A DNA stretch of 64,000 nucleotides, from assembly GCF_000006765.1 (NCBI RefSeq), contig NC_002516.2, one strand, 5' to 3'. Under the pieces are notes generated by a model that did no database searches, was not told where the DNA came from, and worked only from the letters and a program-made list of their open reading frames with translations. Of this stretch, positions 1-9,568 are shown piece by piece; within the stretch, counting starts at the first letter, position 1; every line of letters begins with the position of its first letter. The DNA is from Pseudomonas aeruginosa PAO1. GTDB taxonomy: Bacteria > Pseudomonadota > Gammaproteobacteria > Pseudomonadales > Pseudomonadaceae. The translations under genes and the position numbers were made by a program.

Positions 1-463
1 TTTTCGGCAAGGAATGCCGCATGACCCCGCACGATTCTGCGAAGGCATGCCCGCGACAGACGAGCCCTTCCGGCCCATGTCTCCAAAAGAGCGTGGATCG
101 AAGGTATTTCACTACTTCACGAGAGTGTGGCGAGCAATGAAGAGTTTTGCGTCGGTAAGTGCGCCATTAGCGCTTGAAACAGCCCCCCGCAGACGCGACC
201 GCAGCGGATACCTCATGACCAGAGCCTGACGGCCCGTTCCGTCGCGAATGTGCTTGCACGACCGGATGCCCGCATGGGCCAGCCAGGCTGCCAGATCGCC
301 AGCCCCGCGCCCGGCATCCATAGGCGATGACGCCCGGCGTCCCGCCGTTGTTGCGAAGAATCGGACATGACGGCTCCCTCCGCCGCTGCCTGCCGGCCCG
401 TACCGGCCTCGGCCCCGCCCCGTCTGTCGTCAATTTGGTGCTGAAGATTTTGGAGAAGCGTTA

Positions 464-1987
464 ATGGCGCAAAACGATCACGAAACAGTCGACATGCTGC
501 TGGTAGGCGCCGGCATCATGAGCGCGACCCTGGCGGTCCTGCTCAAGGAACTCGACCCCAACCTGAAGATGGAAGTCGTCGAACTCCAGGAGTCCGGCGC
601 GATCGAAAGCTCCAACCCGTGGAACAACGCGGGCACCGGCCACGCCGGCCTGTGCGAGCTGAACTACACCCCGCAGTCGGCCGACGGCAGCATCGACATC
701 AAGAAAGCCGTGGGCATCAACACCATGTTCGAGGTGTCGAAGCAGTTCTGGTCGCACCTGGTCGCCAAGGGCACCTTCGGCTCGCCGAAGACCTTCATCA
801 ACCCGGTACCGCACCTGAGCTTCGTGCGCGGCAGCGAAGGCATCGCCTACCTGAAGAAGCGCTTCGAATCGCTGACGAAGCACCACGCTTTCGAGACCAT
901 GGTCTACTCCGAGGACAAGGCCACCCTCGCCGAGTGGATGCCGCTGATGATGCCGGGTCGTCCGGCCGACGAAGCGATCGCCGCGACCCGCGTCGAGGGC
1001 GGTACCGACGTCAACTTCGGCGCCCTGACCAACCAGCTCCTGCAACACCTGGCGCAACAGCCGGGCGCGCAGATCCGCTACAACCAGAAGGTCACCCACC
1101 TGCGCCGCGCCGATAACGGCTGGCGGGTCACCGTCAAGGACACCCGCAACGGCGGCGACCGCGAGATCCAGGCACGCTTCGTCTTCCTCGGCGCCGGCGG
1201 CGGCGCCCTGCCGCTCCTGCAACTTTCCGGCATCCCGGAAGGCAAGGGCTTCGGTGGTTTCCCGGTGAGCGGCCAGTGGCTGCGCTGCGACAACCCGGAA
1301 ATCGTCAAGCAGCACCAGGCCAAGGTCTACAGCCAGGCCGAGGTCGGCTCGCCGCCGATGTCCGTGCCGCACCTGGACACCCGTGTGGTGGACGGCAAGA
1401 AATCCCTGCTGTTCGGCCCCTATGCCGGTTTCTCCACCAAGTTCCTGCGCCATGGCTCGTTCCTCGACCTGCCGCTGTCGGTACGCCCGGGCAACATCCT
1501 GCCGATGCTCTCGGTGGCCCGCGACAACATGGACCTGACCCGCTACCTGATCGGCCAGGTCATGCAGTCGCCGGAACAGCGCCTGGAAGCCCTGCGCAAG
1601 TTCTACCCCGAAGCCAGGGCCGAGGACTGGCGCCTGGAAGTCGCCGGCCAGCGCGTGCAGATCATCAAGAAAGATCCGAAGAAAGGCGGCATCCTGCAGT
1701 TCGGCACCGAGCTGGTGGCCGCCCACGACGGCTCCATCGCCGCCCTGCTGGGCGCCTCGCCGGGCGCCTCGGTGACCGTCTCGATCATGCTCGGCCTGAT
1801 CGAGCGCTGCTTCCCGGAGCAGGCCCGCTCGCCGGAGTGGAGCGCCAAGCTGAAGGAAATCTTCCCGGCTCGCGAGAAAGAGCTGGAAAGCGACGCCGAG
1901 CTGTACCGCAGCGTCAGCAGCCGTTGCAGCGAGGTGCTGGAACTGACCGCGAAGAACGACGTGCAGGCCCCGGTCAACGCCGAGTGA
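464..1987 (+). CDS. mqoB: Malate:quinone oxidoreductase
   Basis: 507 aa ORF; N-terminal FAD motif [33 protein letters not shown] and C-terminal LLGASPGAS are typical of Mqo. Confidence 0.95.
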   Translation: MAQNDHETVDMLLVGAGIMSATLAVLLKELDPNLKMEVVELQESGAIESSNPWNNAGTGHAGLCELNYTPQSADGSIDIKKAVGINTMFEVSKQFWSHLVAKGTFGSPKTFINPVPHLSFVRGSEGIAYLKKRFESLTKHHAFETMVYSEDKATLAEWMPLMMPGRPADEAIAATRVEGGTDVNFGALTNQLLQHLAQQPGAQIRYNQKVTHLRRADNGWRVTVKDTRNGGDREIQARFVFLGAGGGALPLLQLSGIPEGKGFGGFPVSGQWLRCDNPEIVKQHQAKVYSQAEVGSPPMSVPHLDTRVVDGKKSLLFGPYAGFSTKFLRHGSFLDLPLSVRPGNILPMLSVARDNMDLTRYLIGQVMQSPEQRLEALRKFYPEARAEDWRLEVAGQRVQIIKKDPKKGGILQFGTELVAAHDGSIAALLGASPGASVTVSIMLGLIERCFPEQARSPEWSAKLKEIFPAREKELESDAELYRSVSSRCSEVLELTAKNDVQAPVNAE

Positions 1988-1998
1988 GCCGCGCGACG

Positions 1999-2026
1999 GA
2001 ACAAGCCGCCTTCGGGCGGCTTGTTC
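1999..2026. terminator. Intrinsic terminator between convergent mqoB and the VOC pseudogene
   Basis: GAACAAGCCGCC-TTCG-GGCGGCTTGTTC, 12 bp stem. Confidence 0.75.
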
Positions 2027-2036
2027 ATTTGTGGAG

Positions 2037-2450
2037 TCAGGCGCCGGCCTCGCAATTGATCATCCAGGACACCCCGAAACGGTCCACCAGGGTACCGAAA
2101 CAGGGCGACCAGAAGGTCTTGCCCAACTCCAGCTCGACCCGCCCGCCGTCCTCCAGCAAGGCGTCATAGCAGCGCCGCGCCTGCTGCGGGTCGCGGGTAT
2201 TCAGTGAAAGGGAAATCCCGGAGATCGGCTGCAACGCCGGCCCGTGCCCGTCCTAGGCCATGATCTGGCTGTCGCCGATCTGCAGGTTGGCGTGCATCAC
2301 CTTGTCGCACCAGCCTTCCGGCACCACCACCGGACCGGGCGCCTCGTCGAAACGGAACAGGAAACTCACCCTGGCACCGATGGCGTGTTCATAGAAACGC
2401 AGGGCCTCTTCGCAACGGCCGTTGAAGCAGACGTAGGGCTGGACGTACAT
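2037..2450 (-). pseudogene. PhnB-like VOC/glyoxalase-family gene broken by an in-frame amber codon
   Basis: MYVQPYVCFNGRCEEAL..KVMHANLQIGDSQIMA*DG..ISLSL..GKTFWSPCFGTLVDRFGVSWMIN; TAG at 2255-2253, downstream half in the same frame. Confidence 0.85.
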
Positions 2451-2664
2451 GGGAACCTCGGCAGGCTGTTTTTCCTGTGAGTGTAGAAAAGCAGCAGCCT
2501 CTCGCAGAGCGAATAAAGCAGTCCTGGCCATTGCCCCCCCCTGTCTCCCTGGCGCTCCGCAATGCGAGAAGGCCCGTATGCCTATCGTCCCTTGCCACCG
2601 CCAGCCGTCATTCGGGTGCTGGCGTTCGCCGACGGGTGGGATTCTTCGGCGGGCCGCGCAACGA

Positions 2665-2690
2665 AAAAGCCCGCCGAAGGGCGGGCTTTT
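2665..2690. terminator. Intrinsic terminator downstream of the PA4642-type gene
   Basis: AAAAGCCCGCC-GAAG-GGCGGGCTTTT hairpin with A/T tails. Confidence 0.75.
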
Positions 2691-2705
2691 CACCGCATGG
2701 CCGGC

Positions 2706-2996
2706 TCAGGCGCCCTTGGCCGCCTGCAGCGCTTCGATGTAGGGCGCGGCCTGGCGCTGGTCGGCGACCAGGGCGACGAAGTCGTTGCCCTTGGCGTCGC
2801 GCGCATCGAGATCGTAGCCGGCCTCGCGGAAGAAGGTGAGGAAGCGCTCGAAGTCGTCGATGCGCAGGCCGCGATAGGCCTTGATCAGCTTGTGCAGCGA
2901 GGGGGGCGTGTCGTCGGCCGGCTCGACGCCGAGGAACAGCTTGATCGACTCGTCACTGATCTCTTCGCCAATGATCTGTTTCTTGTCTTTGCGCAT
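2706..2996 (-). CDS. Conserved hypothetical protein (PA4642 family)
   Basis: 96 aa ORF with normal codon usage; MRKDKKQIIGEEI..AYRGLRIDDFERF. Confidence 0.8.
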   Translation of the reverse strand: MRKDKKQIIGEEISDESIKLFLGVEPADDTPPSLHKLIKAYRGLRIDDFERFLTFFREAGYDLDARDAKGNDFVALVADQRQAAPYIEALQAAKGA

Positions 2997-3078
2997 CGCT
3001 TTCTCTCAACGGCTCTGGGGCCGGGCTCGCCCGGCGCGGGATAAGGCCAGGCAGTTTACTCCCGGCGCGCGGCGAGGC

Positions 3079-3564
3079 TCAACGCGCGCGTACCGCGCCG
3101 GTGTGCAGGTCGGCCCAGACATGGCCGTTGGGATAGGCGAGGAACTGGCAATAGACCGTCTGGTTGCGCAGCAGGTCGAGCAACGCCGGGTACTGCGCCA
3201 GCGGGTAGTTGAGCGTGAGGGTGCGGGTCCCGGCATCGTAGACCGGCTTCTTCAGGCTCTTGCCTTCGCTGTCGAACTGGATCAGCACCTGGGCCAGGGT
3301 CGCGCCCTTGCTCAGCGGTTTGCCCTTCAGGCGCAGCAGGGTCGGCGTGGTGATCGGGATCGGCTGCTGGTTGGACTGCCGCTGGTTGCCCAGCACCACA
3401 CTGTACTCGGTGATCTGGATCAGTTGCTGCTGCTCCGGCGCCTCCTGGCGCAACTGGCCGTCGTCGGGCGGCAGGAAGCGCGCGTGCATCGGGGGATTCT
3501 CGGCGGCCAGGCCGGCCAGACTGACGAACAGAAGCAGGGAGCCGCACAGGCTACGGGCGAACAT
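3079..3564 (-). CDS. Hypothetical exported protein
   Basis: 161 aa; Sec-type signal peptide ending LAGLA-AE; GAGG RBS upstream. Confidence 0.75.
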   Translation of the reverse strand: MFARSLCGSLLLFVSLAGLAAENPPMHARFLPPDDGQLRQEAPEQQQLIQITEYSVVLGNQRQSNQQPIPITTPTLLRLKGKPLSKGATLAQVLIQFDSEGKSLKKPVYDAGTRTLTLNYPLAQYPALLDLLRNQTVYCQFLAYPNGHVWADLHTGAVRAR

Positions 3565-3631
3565 CGGGACCTCCGGACAGGGCGAGTCGGCACTCTAGCA
3601 TGGCTGCCGACCCGCCGCCGAAGCGAAGCGC

Positions 3632-4105
3632 TCAGGCGAACTGGGCGCGCATCCAGTCCCGGTAGGCCGGCGCATCGGCGCTGCCTTCGGCAGGCGCCCA
3701 ACTGGCGAACTCGCCTTCGCCGAGCGGGCGGTAAGGCCCGGCCTTGCATTCGAACAGGATGCTGTCCGGCTCCAGCACCACCAGGGCATGGAACACCCCG
3801 GGCGGCAGGTCGACACCGGGGCAGTCCCCAGCGGCGCTCAACTCGCGCTTGTCGAGGAGTTCCCCGTCCTCGGCGAAGACCAGCAGGCCGAGACGGCCCT
3901 TGAGCACGATCAGCGCCTCGGCCTTGCCCGCATCCAGGTGCCGGTGCGGCGGGATGTAGGTATTCGGCTGGAGGCCCACCGCCATGCGATGGCAGGGCTC
4001 CTCCATGCGGTGGAAGTTGTGATGCTGGCGACCACGCGGCGCGTTACCCGCCCCGCTCGCCAGTTCGGCGAACAATTGCTGGTCGAGGTAGCGCGGTCCG
4101 GCCAT
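3632..4105 (-). CDS. WbuC-family cupin-fold metalloprotein
   Basis: RQHHNFH, YIPPHRH, PPGVFHALV, FECKAGPY cupin motifs; ATG at 4105 directly after the hpt stop. Confidence 0.85.
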   Translation of the reverse strand: MAGPRYLDQQLFAELASGAGNAPRGRQHHNFHRMEEPCHRMAVGLQPNTYIPPHRHLDAGKAEALIVLKGRLGLLVFAEDGELLDKRELSAAGDCPGVDLPPGVFHALVVLEPDSILFECKAGPYRPLGEGEFASWAPAEGSADAPAYRDWMRAQFA

Positions 4106-4106
4106 C

Positions 4107-4664
4107 TCAGAGCCCCTTGACCGCGAAGATGCCCGCGGCGTTGCGCCAGTAGCCCTTGTAGTCCATGCCGTAGCCGAACACGTAGCGGTCGGCACAGTAG
4201 AGGCCGGTGAAGCTGGCCTTGAGGTCAGGCCGGGCCTTGCGCTCGTGTTCCTTGTCCACCAGTACGGCGGTGTGCACCGCGCGTGCGCCGGCATGCTTGC
4301 AGAAGTCGATGATCGCCGAGAGGGTGTGCCCTTCGTCGAGGATGTCGTCGATGATCAGCACATCACGGTCGATGAAGGAGATTTCCGGCTTGGCCTTCCA
4401 GAACAGTTCGCCGCCGGAGGTCTCGTTGCGGTAACGGGTCGCATGCAGGTAGGACAGTTCGAGGGGGAAGTCGAGCAGCGGGAGCAGCTTGCCGGAGAAG
4501 ATCAGGCCGCCGTTCATCACGCAGAAGACCACCGGGTTGGTCTCGCCGAGATCGCGGTTGATCGCCTCGGCGACGCGACCGATGGCTGCCTCGACCTCGT
4601 CGTTGTTGAACAGGCAGTCGGCTTCCGCCCTGACTTGGCGGATGTGCGCGAGATCGACGGACAT
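4107..4664 (-). CDS. hpt: Hypoxanthine-guanine phosphoribosyltransferase
   Basis: PRPP-binding VLIIDDILDEGHT, VFGYGMDY; AGGGAG RBS before ATG 4664. Confidence 0.92.
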   Translation of the reverse strand: MSVDLAHIRQVRAEADCLFNNDEVEAAIGRVAEAINRDLGETNPVVFCVMNGGLIFSGKLLPLLDFPLELSYLHATRYRNETSGGELFWKAKPEISFIDRDVLIIDDILDEGHTLSAIIDFCKHAGARAVHTAVLVDKEHERKARPDLKASFTGLYCADRYVFGYGMDYKGYWRNAAGIFAVKGL

Positions 4665-4832
4665 GGTGCTTCTCCCTGGCTGGGCTGAGAAAAAGTCGGC
4701 AAAGGTACTCATCCGGTCGCCATCGGGCAACCCCCGGCGGTCGAGTGCGAATCAGAATAATGGTCCAGACTGTGCGGAATGCATTACGCTAGCGCAATTT
4801 TTTTGCCCGCCCCCCGTTGGAGACAGTCGCCC

Positions 4833-5471
4833 ATGCCCGTACATGAGATCCGCCACCCCCTCATCCGCCACAAACTGGGCCTGATGCGCCGTGCCGATAT
4901 CAGCACCAAGAACTTCCGCGAACTGGCCCAGGAAGTCGGCGCCCTGCTGACCTACGAAGCGACCAAGGACCTGCCCCTGGAACAGTACGAAATCCCCGGA
5001 TGGGCCGGCCCGGTGACGGTGGAGAAGATCTCCGGGAAGAAGATCACCGTGGTGCCGATCCTGCGCGCCGGCATCGGCATGCTCGACGGCGTGCTCAGCC
5101 TGATTCCCGGCGCCAAGGTCAGCGCGGTCGGCGTCGCCCGCAACGAAGAGACCCTGGAAGCACGCACCTACCTGGAAAAACTGGCGCCGGACATCGCCGA
5201 GCGACGCTCGCTGATCATCGACCCGATGCTCGCCACCGGTGGCTCGATGGTCGCCACCATCGACCTGCTGAAGAAGGCCGGCAGCAAGGAAATCCGCGCC
5301 ATGGTGCTGGTCGCCGCCCCCGAGGGCATCGAGGCGGTACGCAAGGCCCACCCGGACGTGATCATCTATACCGCCTCGATCGACGAGAAGCTCGACGAGA
5401 ACGGCTACATCATTCCGGGCCTGGGCGACGCCGGCGACAAGATCTTCGGTACCAAGCAGAAGGAAGCCTGA
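4833..5471 (+). CDS. upp: Uracil phosphoribosyltransferase
   Basis: [37 protein letters not shown]; GGAG RBS before ATG 4833. Confidence 0.96.
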   Translation: MPVHEIRHPLIRHKLGLMRRADISTKNFRELAQEVGALLTYEATKDLPLEQYEIPGWAGPVTVEKISGKKITVVPILRAGIGMLDGVLSLIPGAKVSAVGVARNEETLEARTYLEKLAPDIAERRSLIIDPMLATGGSMVATIDLLKKAGSKEIRAMVLVAAPEGIEAVRKAHPDVIIYTASIDEKLDENGYIIPGLGDAGDKIFGTKQKEA

Positions 5472-5473
5472 AC

Positions 5474-6757
5474 ATGGGCGATGCCTTCCAGGAGCCGCTC
5501 TGGCGCCAGGTGCTGTCAGGCGCGCAGATGCTGTTCGTCGCCTTCGGCGCGCTGGTGCTGATGCCGCTGATCACCGGTCTGGATCCCAACGTCGCGCTGT
5601 TCACCGCCGGCCTCGGGACCCTGCTGTTCCAATTGGTGACCGGGCGCCAGGTACCGGTGTTCCTCGCCTCCAGCTTCGCCTTCATCACCCCGATCATCCT
5701 CGCCAAGGGCCAGTTCGGCCTGGCCGCGACCATGGGCGGGGTAGTCGCCGCCGGCTTCGTCTACACCTTCATGGGCCTGGCGGTGAAGATCAAGGGCACC
5801 GGCTTCATCGATAAACTGCTGCCGCCGGTGGTGATCGGCCCGGTGATCATCTCGATCGGCCTGGCGATGGCGCCGATCGCGGCGAACATGGCGATGGGCA
5901 AGGCCGGCGACGGCAGCGAGTTGCTGCCGTACCGCACCGCGATGATGATCTCGATGCCGGCGCTGCTCACCACCCTGGTGGTGGCGGTATTCGGCAAGGG
6001 TATATTCCGCCTGGTGCCGATCATCGCCGGCGTGCTGGTCGGCTTCGCCCTGTCGTTCGTCTTCGGCGTGGTCGACACCGCCGCGATCGTCGCCGCACCC
6101 TGGCTGGAGCTACCGAAATTCACCGCGCCGGAATTCAACTGGCAGGCGATCCTGTTCATCGTCCCGGTGGCCCTGGCCCCGGCCATTGAGCATATCGGCG
6201 GGGTCATCGCGGTGGGCGGCGTCACCGGCCAGGACTACCTGAAGAAGCCCGGCCTGCACCGCACTCTCCTCGGCGACGGCCTGGCCACCTCGGCTGCCGG
6301 CCTGTTCGGCGGACCGCCCAACACCACCTACGCGGAAGTCACCGGCGCAGTGATGCTGACCAAGAACTACAACCCGAAGATCATGACCTGGGCGGCGGTG
6401 ATCGCCATCACCCTGGCCTTCGTCGGCAAGTTCGGCGCGATCCTGCAAAGCATCCCGGTACCGGTGATGGGCGGCATCCTCTGCCTGCTGTTCGGCACCA
6501 TCGCCTCGGTCGGCATGAACACCCTGATCCGGCACAAGGTCGATCTCTCGGAAGCACGCAACCTGGTGATCGTCTCGGTGACCCTGGTGTTCGGCATCGG
6601 CGGCGTGCTGATCGGCAGCGGTACCGGCCCCGACGACATCGGCCTGAAGGGCATCGCCCTGTGCGCCATCGTCGCCATCGTCCTCAACCTGTTGCTGCCG
6701 GGCAACGACGGCTGGCAGAACAAGGCGCTCGACGAACAACACAAGGATTCACACTGA
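5474..6757 (+). CDS. uraA: Uracil permease (NCS2 family)
   Basis: Polytopic membrane protein with LASSFAF and GGPPNTTYAE; starts 2 nt after upp. Confidence 0.93.
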   Translation: MGDAFQEPLWRQVLSGAQMLFVAFGALVLMPLITGLDPNVALFTAGLGTLLFQLVTGRQVPVFLASSFAFITPIILAKGQFGLAATMGGVVAAGFVYTFMGLAVKIKGTGFIDKLLPPVVIGPVIISIGLAMAPIAANMAMGKAGDGSELLPYRTAMMISMPALLTTLVVAVFGKGIFRLVPIIAGVLVGFALSFVFGVVDTAAIVAAPWLELPKFTAPEFNWQAILFIVPVALAPAIEHIGGVIAVGGVTGQDYLKKPGLHRTLLGDGLATSAAGLFGGPPNTTYAEVTGAVMLTKNYNPKIMTWAAVIAITLAFVGKFGAILQSIPVPVMGGILCLLFGTIASVGMNTLIRHKVDLSEARNLVIVSVTLVFGIGGVLIGSGTGPDDIGLKGIALCAIVAIVLNLLLPGNDGWQNKALDEQHKDSH

Positions 6758-6764
6758 AAACAAC

Positions 6765-6790
6765 GGACGGAACACTTCGCTGTTCCGTCC
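6765..6790 (+). terminator. Terminator-like hairpin after uraA
   Basis: GGACGGAACA-CTTCGC-TGTTCCGTCC followed by ATTTT. Confidence 0.6.
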
Positions 6791-6799
6791 ATTTTCCAC

Positions 6800-7090
6800 C
6801 CGCCACGTTATTTTCAAAAGCATGTAGCCAATCGCTTACTACTTTGTAATTAAACTTCCCTGTATTTTCCAAATAATCACGTCATCTAACTGGCAGAGGC
6901 TTATTCGCGCTGCTATATAGCCAGTCAAGCATGACTGGCGAGCCGCTCTGCGCCGCACCCGGCGCGTCGCCAGCCATGAACTTCGAGTTTGGCGGATATA
7001 TAAGGCCGATCATTTAAAGTCGTGGGAACTTTATTTATCCGCCAACATCGTCCTGCGCCACCGACATTCGTTATCGACAGGAAGTTAGAG
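6800..7090 (+). promoter_or_regulatory. AT-rich cupE promoter/leader region
   Basis: Visibly AT-rich intergenic tract upstream of cupE1, containing two inverted repeats (6920-6939; 6989-6998 with 7036-7045). Confidence 0.6.
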
Positions 7091-7639
7091 ATGAATAAAC
7101 GCATTCCGGCAGTCTTGTTGTTCTGTGCCTGCGCCAGCCTGCTGGGCACCGCCCAGGCCGCCGGTACGCTGATCGGCCAGGTCGGCGTGCAGATGGTCAT
7201 CGGTGCCGGCTGCACCATCATCAACGGCAGCGTCAGCGGCGGTATCAACCAGTGGGGAACCCTGGACTTCGGCAGCCATTCCGACCTCACCAACGTGGTC
7301 GACGCGCAGACCGTCGGCACCAGCGGCAATATCCAGATCCAGTGCAGCACCGGCCTGACCCCGAGCCTGACGGTGAACGCAGGCCTGCACGCCAGCGGCG
7401 GCCAGCGCTACATGCAGAACACCACCACCACCAGCAGCACCATCGCCTACAACATCTATTCGGACGCCGCGCGCAGCGCGCTGATCCAGGCCAACACACC
7501 GGTGGACATCTCCTCGGTCTCCACCGGCACCGCGGTCAACATCCCCCTCTATGGCCGCGTGGTGCCCACCGGACAAAGCACACCCACGCCGACGGCGGGG
7601 ACCTACACCGACACCCTGCTGGTCACCATCGCCTGGTAA
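7091..7639 (+). CDS. cupE1: Archaic chaperone-usher major pilin CupE1 (spore coat U/Csu type)
   Basis: Signal peptide, IGAGC, WGTLDFG, IQCS, YNIYSD, C-terminal GTYTDTLLVTIAW. Confidence 0.92.
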   Translation: MNKRIPAVLLFCACASLLGTAQAAGTLIGQVGVQMVIGAGCTIINGSVSGGINQWGTLDFGSHSDLTNVVDAQTVGTSGNIQIQCSTGLTPSLTVNAGLHASGGQRYMQNTTTTSSTIAYNIYSDAARSALIQANTPVDISSVSTGTAVNIPLYGRVVPTGQSTPTPTAGTYTDTLLVTIAW

Positions 7640-7669
7640 GACGCGCCGCCAGGCGCGGCGCCAGGCAGC

Positions 7670-8203
7670 ATGGTCCTGGGGGGACCGATGAGCCTGAACC
7701 GCTACTTCACCGGAGGACTGCTCTGCCTGCTCGGCTGCAACCCGGCAAACGCGCAGACCGCCACCATCGTCCTGAGCGCCACGCTGCTCCCGGCCTGCGA
7801 GGCAGGTAGCGTCGGCAGCGGCGGCGCGATCACCTTCGGCACCCTCGACTTCGGCCAGTACGCCTCCCTGAACAACGCCATCAGCGCCACCAGCCAGCAA
7901 GGCGCAGGCTCCATCCGGGTCAGGTGCGTCAGCGGCCAGACCTATGCGATCACGCTCGACGGCGGGCTCTACGGCAGCGTCGCCACGCGGCGCATGGCGA
8001 ACATCGCCAACACCGCCCTCACCCTGACCTACAACCTGTACAGCGACCGCCCCGGCGGCATCGTCTGGGACAACACCACCGGCGTTGCCGCCACCGGCAA
8101 CGGCAACGACCAGTGGTACCCCATCTACGGCCTGGTGCCGGCACAGACCACGCCGGTCGCCGGGACCTACCGCGACACCGTCAACGTGACCATCAGTTGG
8201 TGA
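7670..8203 (+). CDS. cupE2: Minor pilin CupE2
   Basis: LLPAC, FGTLDFG, YNLYSD, GTYRDTVNVTISW; alternative start at 7688. Confidence 0.9.
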   Translation: MVLGGPMSLNRYFTGGLLCLLGCNPANAQTATIVLSATLLPACEAGSVGSGGAITFGTLDFGQYASLNNAISATSQQGAGSIRVRCVSGQTYAITLDGGLYGSVATRRMANIANTALTLTYNLYSDRPGGIVWDNTTGVAATGNGNDQWYPIYGLVPAQTTPVAGTYRDTVNVTISW

Positions 8204-8745
8204 TGCCGATGTCCAGCCGGCGTCTATTCCTGTCGCTTCTCCTGCTCCCGCTGCCGAACCTGGTCGCGCATGCCGATCCATCGCCGATCAGCCGCGCCTT
8301 CCAGGTCCAGGCGGTGGTCGCCAACGGCTGCGCCTTCGGCACCGCCATCAGCAACAACGCCTATGACCTCGGCACCCTGAGCTTCGGCACCCTCGGCAAC
8401 CTGGCCAGTCCGGTTAACGTCGCCAGCAGCTCCGGGGCCGGCTCCATCGTCCTGACCTGCACTCCGGGAATGACCGTCTCCGTCGCCCTCGACTACGGGG
8501 TCAATGGCGGCAGCAGCAGCCAGCGCTACCTGAAGCGGGTGAGCGGTAACGAGACCCTCGCCTACCAGCTCTACCAGGATGCCGCCTACTCCCAGGTCTG
8601 GGGCAACGGGGCACTCGCGCGGACCATCGCCAACTTTCCCGCCAGCACCCAGACCTACACGGTATACGCGCGCCTGTTCGCGGTCGGCAGCCTGCCGTCC
8701 GCCGGCAACTACCGCGATACCGTCACCGTCACCCTTTCGTTCTGA
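8203..8745 (+). CDS. cupE3: Minor pilin CupE3
   Basis: TGATG overlap with cupE2; VANGC, LGTLSFG, YQLYQD, GNYRDTVTVTLSF. Confidence 0.9.
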   Translation: MPMSSRRLFLSLLLLPLPNLVAHADPSPISRAFQVQAVVANGCAFGTAISNNAYDLGTLSFGTLGNLASPVNVASSSGAGSIVLTCTPGMTVSVALDYGVNGGSSSQRYLKRVSGNETLAYQLYQDAAYSQVWGNGALARTIANFPASTQTYTVYARLFAVGSLPSAGNYRDTVTVTLSF

Positions 8746-8763
8746 GCCGTCATGGAGGATCAC

Positions 8764-9552
8764 ATGCCCAGTCCACACCTACCTCTCCGCCCCAGCCGCT
8801 GGCTTGCGGCGCTGCTGGCGCTGCTCCTGGGCGGCCCGGCACAGGCCGCCAGTGCGGTGCTGATCTGGCCGATCAACCCGGCCATCGAAGCCGACCAGCC
8901 GGCCACGGCGCTGTGGCTGGAGAATCGCGGCAAGCAACCGGTGACCCTGCAGGTGCGCGTGCTCGGCTGGTCCCAGGCGGATTTCCAAGACGTCTATCGC
9001 AACCAGCAGGCAGTGATTCCCAGCCCGCCCTTCGTCAAGGTCGAGCCGGGCCGCCGGCAACTGGTCCGGCTGATCCGCCAGGGCGGCCAGCCCAGCACGC
9101 CGGAGGACGCCTACCGGGTGCTGATCGACGAAGTGCCCGACGGCGACGCGGGGCAGACGCAACGAAGCCCCGGTCTCGCCCTGCAGTTCCAGATGCGCTA
9201 TTCGGTACCGCTGTTCGTCAGCGCCGACGGCGTCTGGACCCAGCCGCGTAGCGATGTCGAGCGCGACCCGGCCGACGCGACCCGGCCGAAGCTGGCCTGG
9301 CGGCTGGTCGAGGAACAGGGCAAGCGTTACCTGCAGGTGCGCAACGAGGGTAGCGTGCACGCCCGCCTCAGCCATGTCCGCTGGGAGGGCAACGGCCGCA
9401 GCCTGGCGCTGCTGGACGGCCTTCTCGGCTACGTGCTGCCCGGCCGGCAGATGCGCTGGCCGCTGCCGCCGGGGCTGCTGCCGGACTCCGGCATGACCCT
9501 GAAACTGCAACTGGCGGACAACGACGCGCCGATCAGCGTTCCCGGGTACTGA
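8764..9552 (+). CDS. cupE4: Periplasmic pilus chaperone CupE4
   Basis: PapD-like LWLEN, QVRVLGW, EDAYRVLIDEVP, MRYSVPLF; GGAGG RBS before ATG 8764. Confidence 0.92.
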   Translation: MPSPHLPLRPSRWLAALLALLLGGPAQAASAVLIWPINPAIEADQPATALWLENRGKQPVTLQVRVLGWSQADFQDVYRNQQAVIPSPPFVKVEPGRRQLVRLIRQGGQPSTPEDAYRVLIDEVPDGDAGQTQRSPGLALQFQMRYSVPLFVSADGVWTQPRSDVERDPADATRPKLAWRLVEEQGKRYLQVRNEGSVHARLSHVRWEGNGRSLALLDGLLGYVLPGRQMRWPLPPGLLPDSGMTLKLQLADNDAPISVPGY

Positions 9553-9568
9553 GGCGGACGTCGGTCCC

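Noticed and set aside
1-460. Short ORFs and GC-rich inverted matches upstream of mqoB
   Set aside because: No motifs or RBS and no convincing RNA structure; treated as promoter or leader DNA
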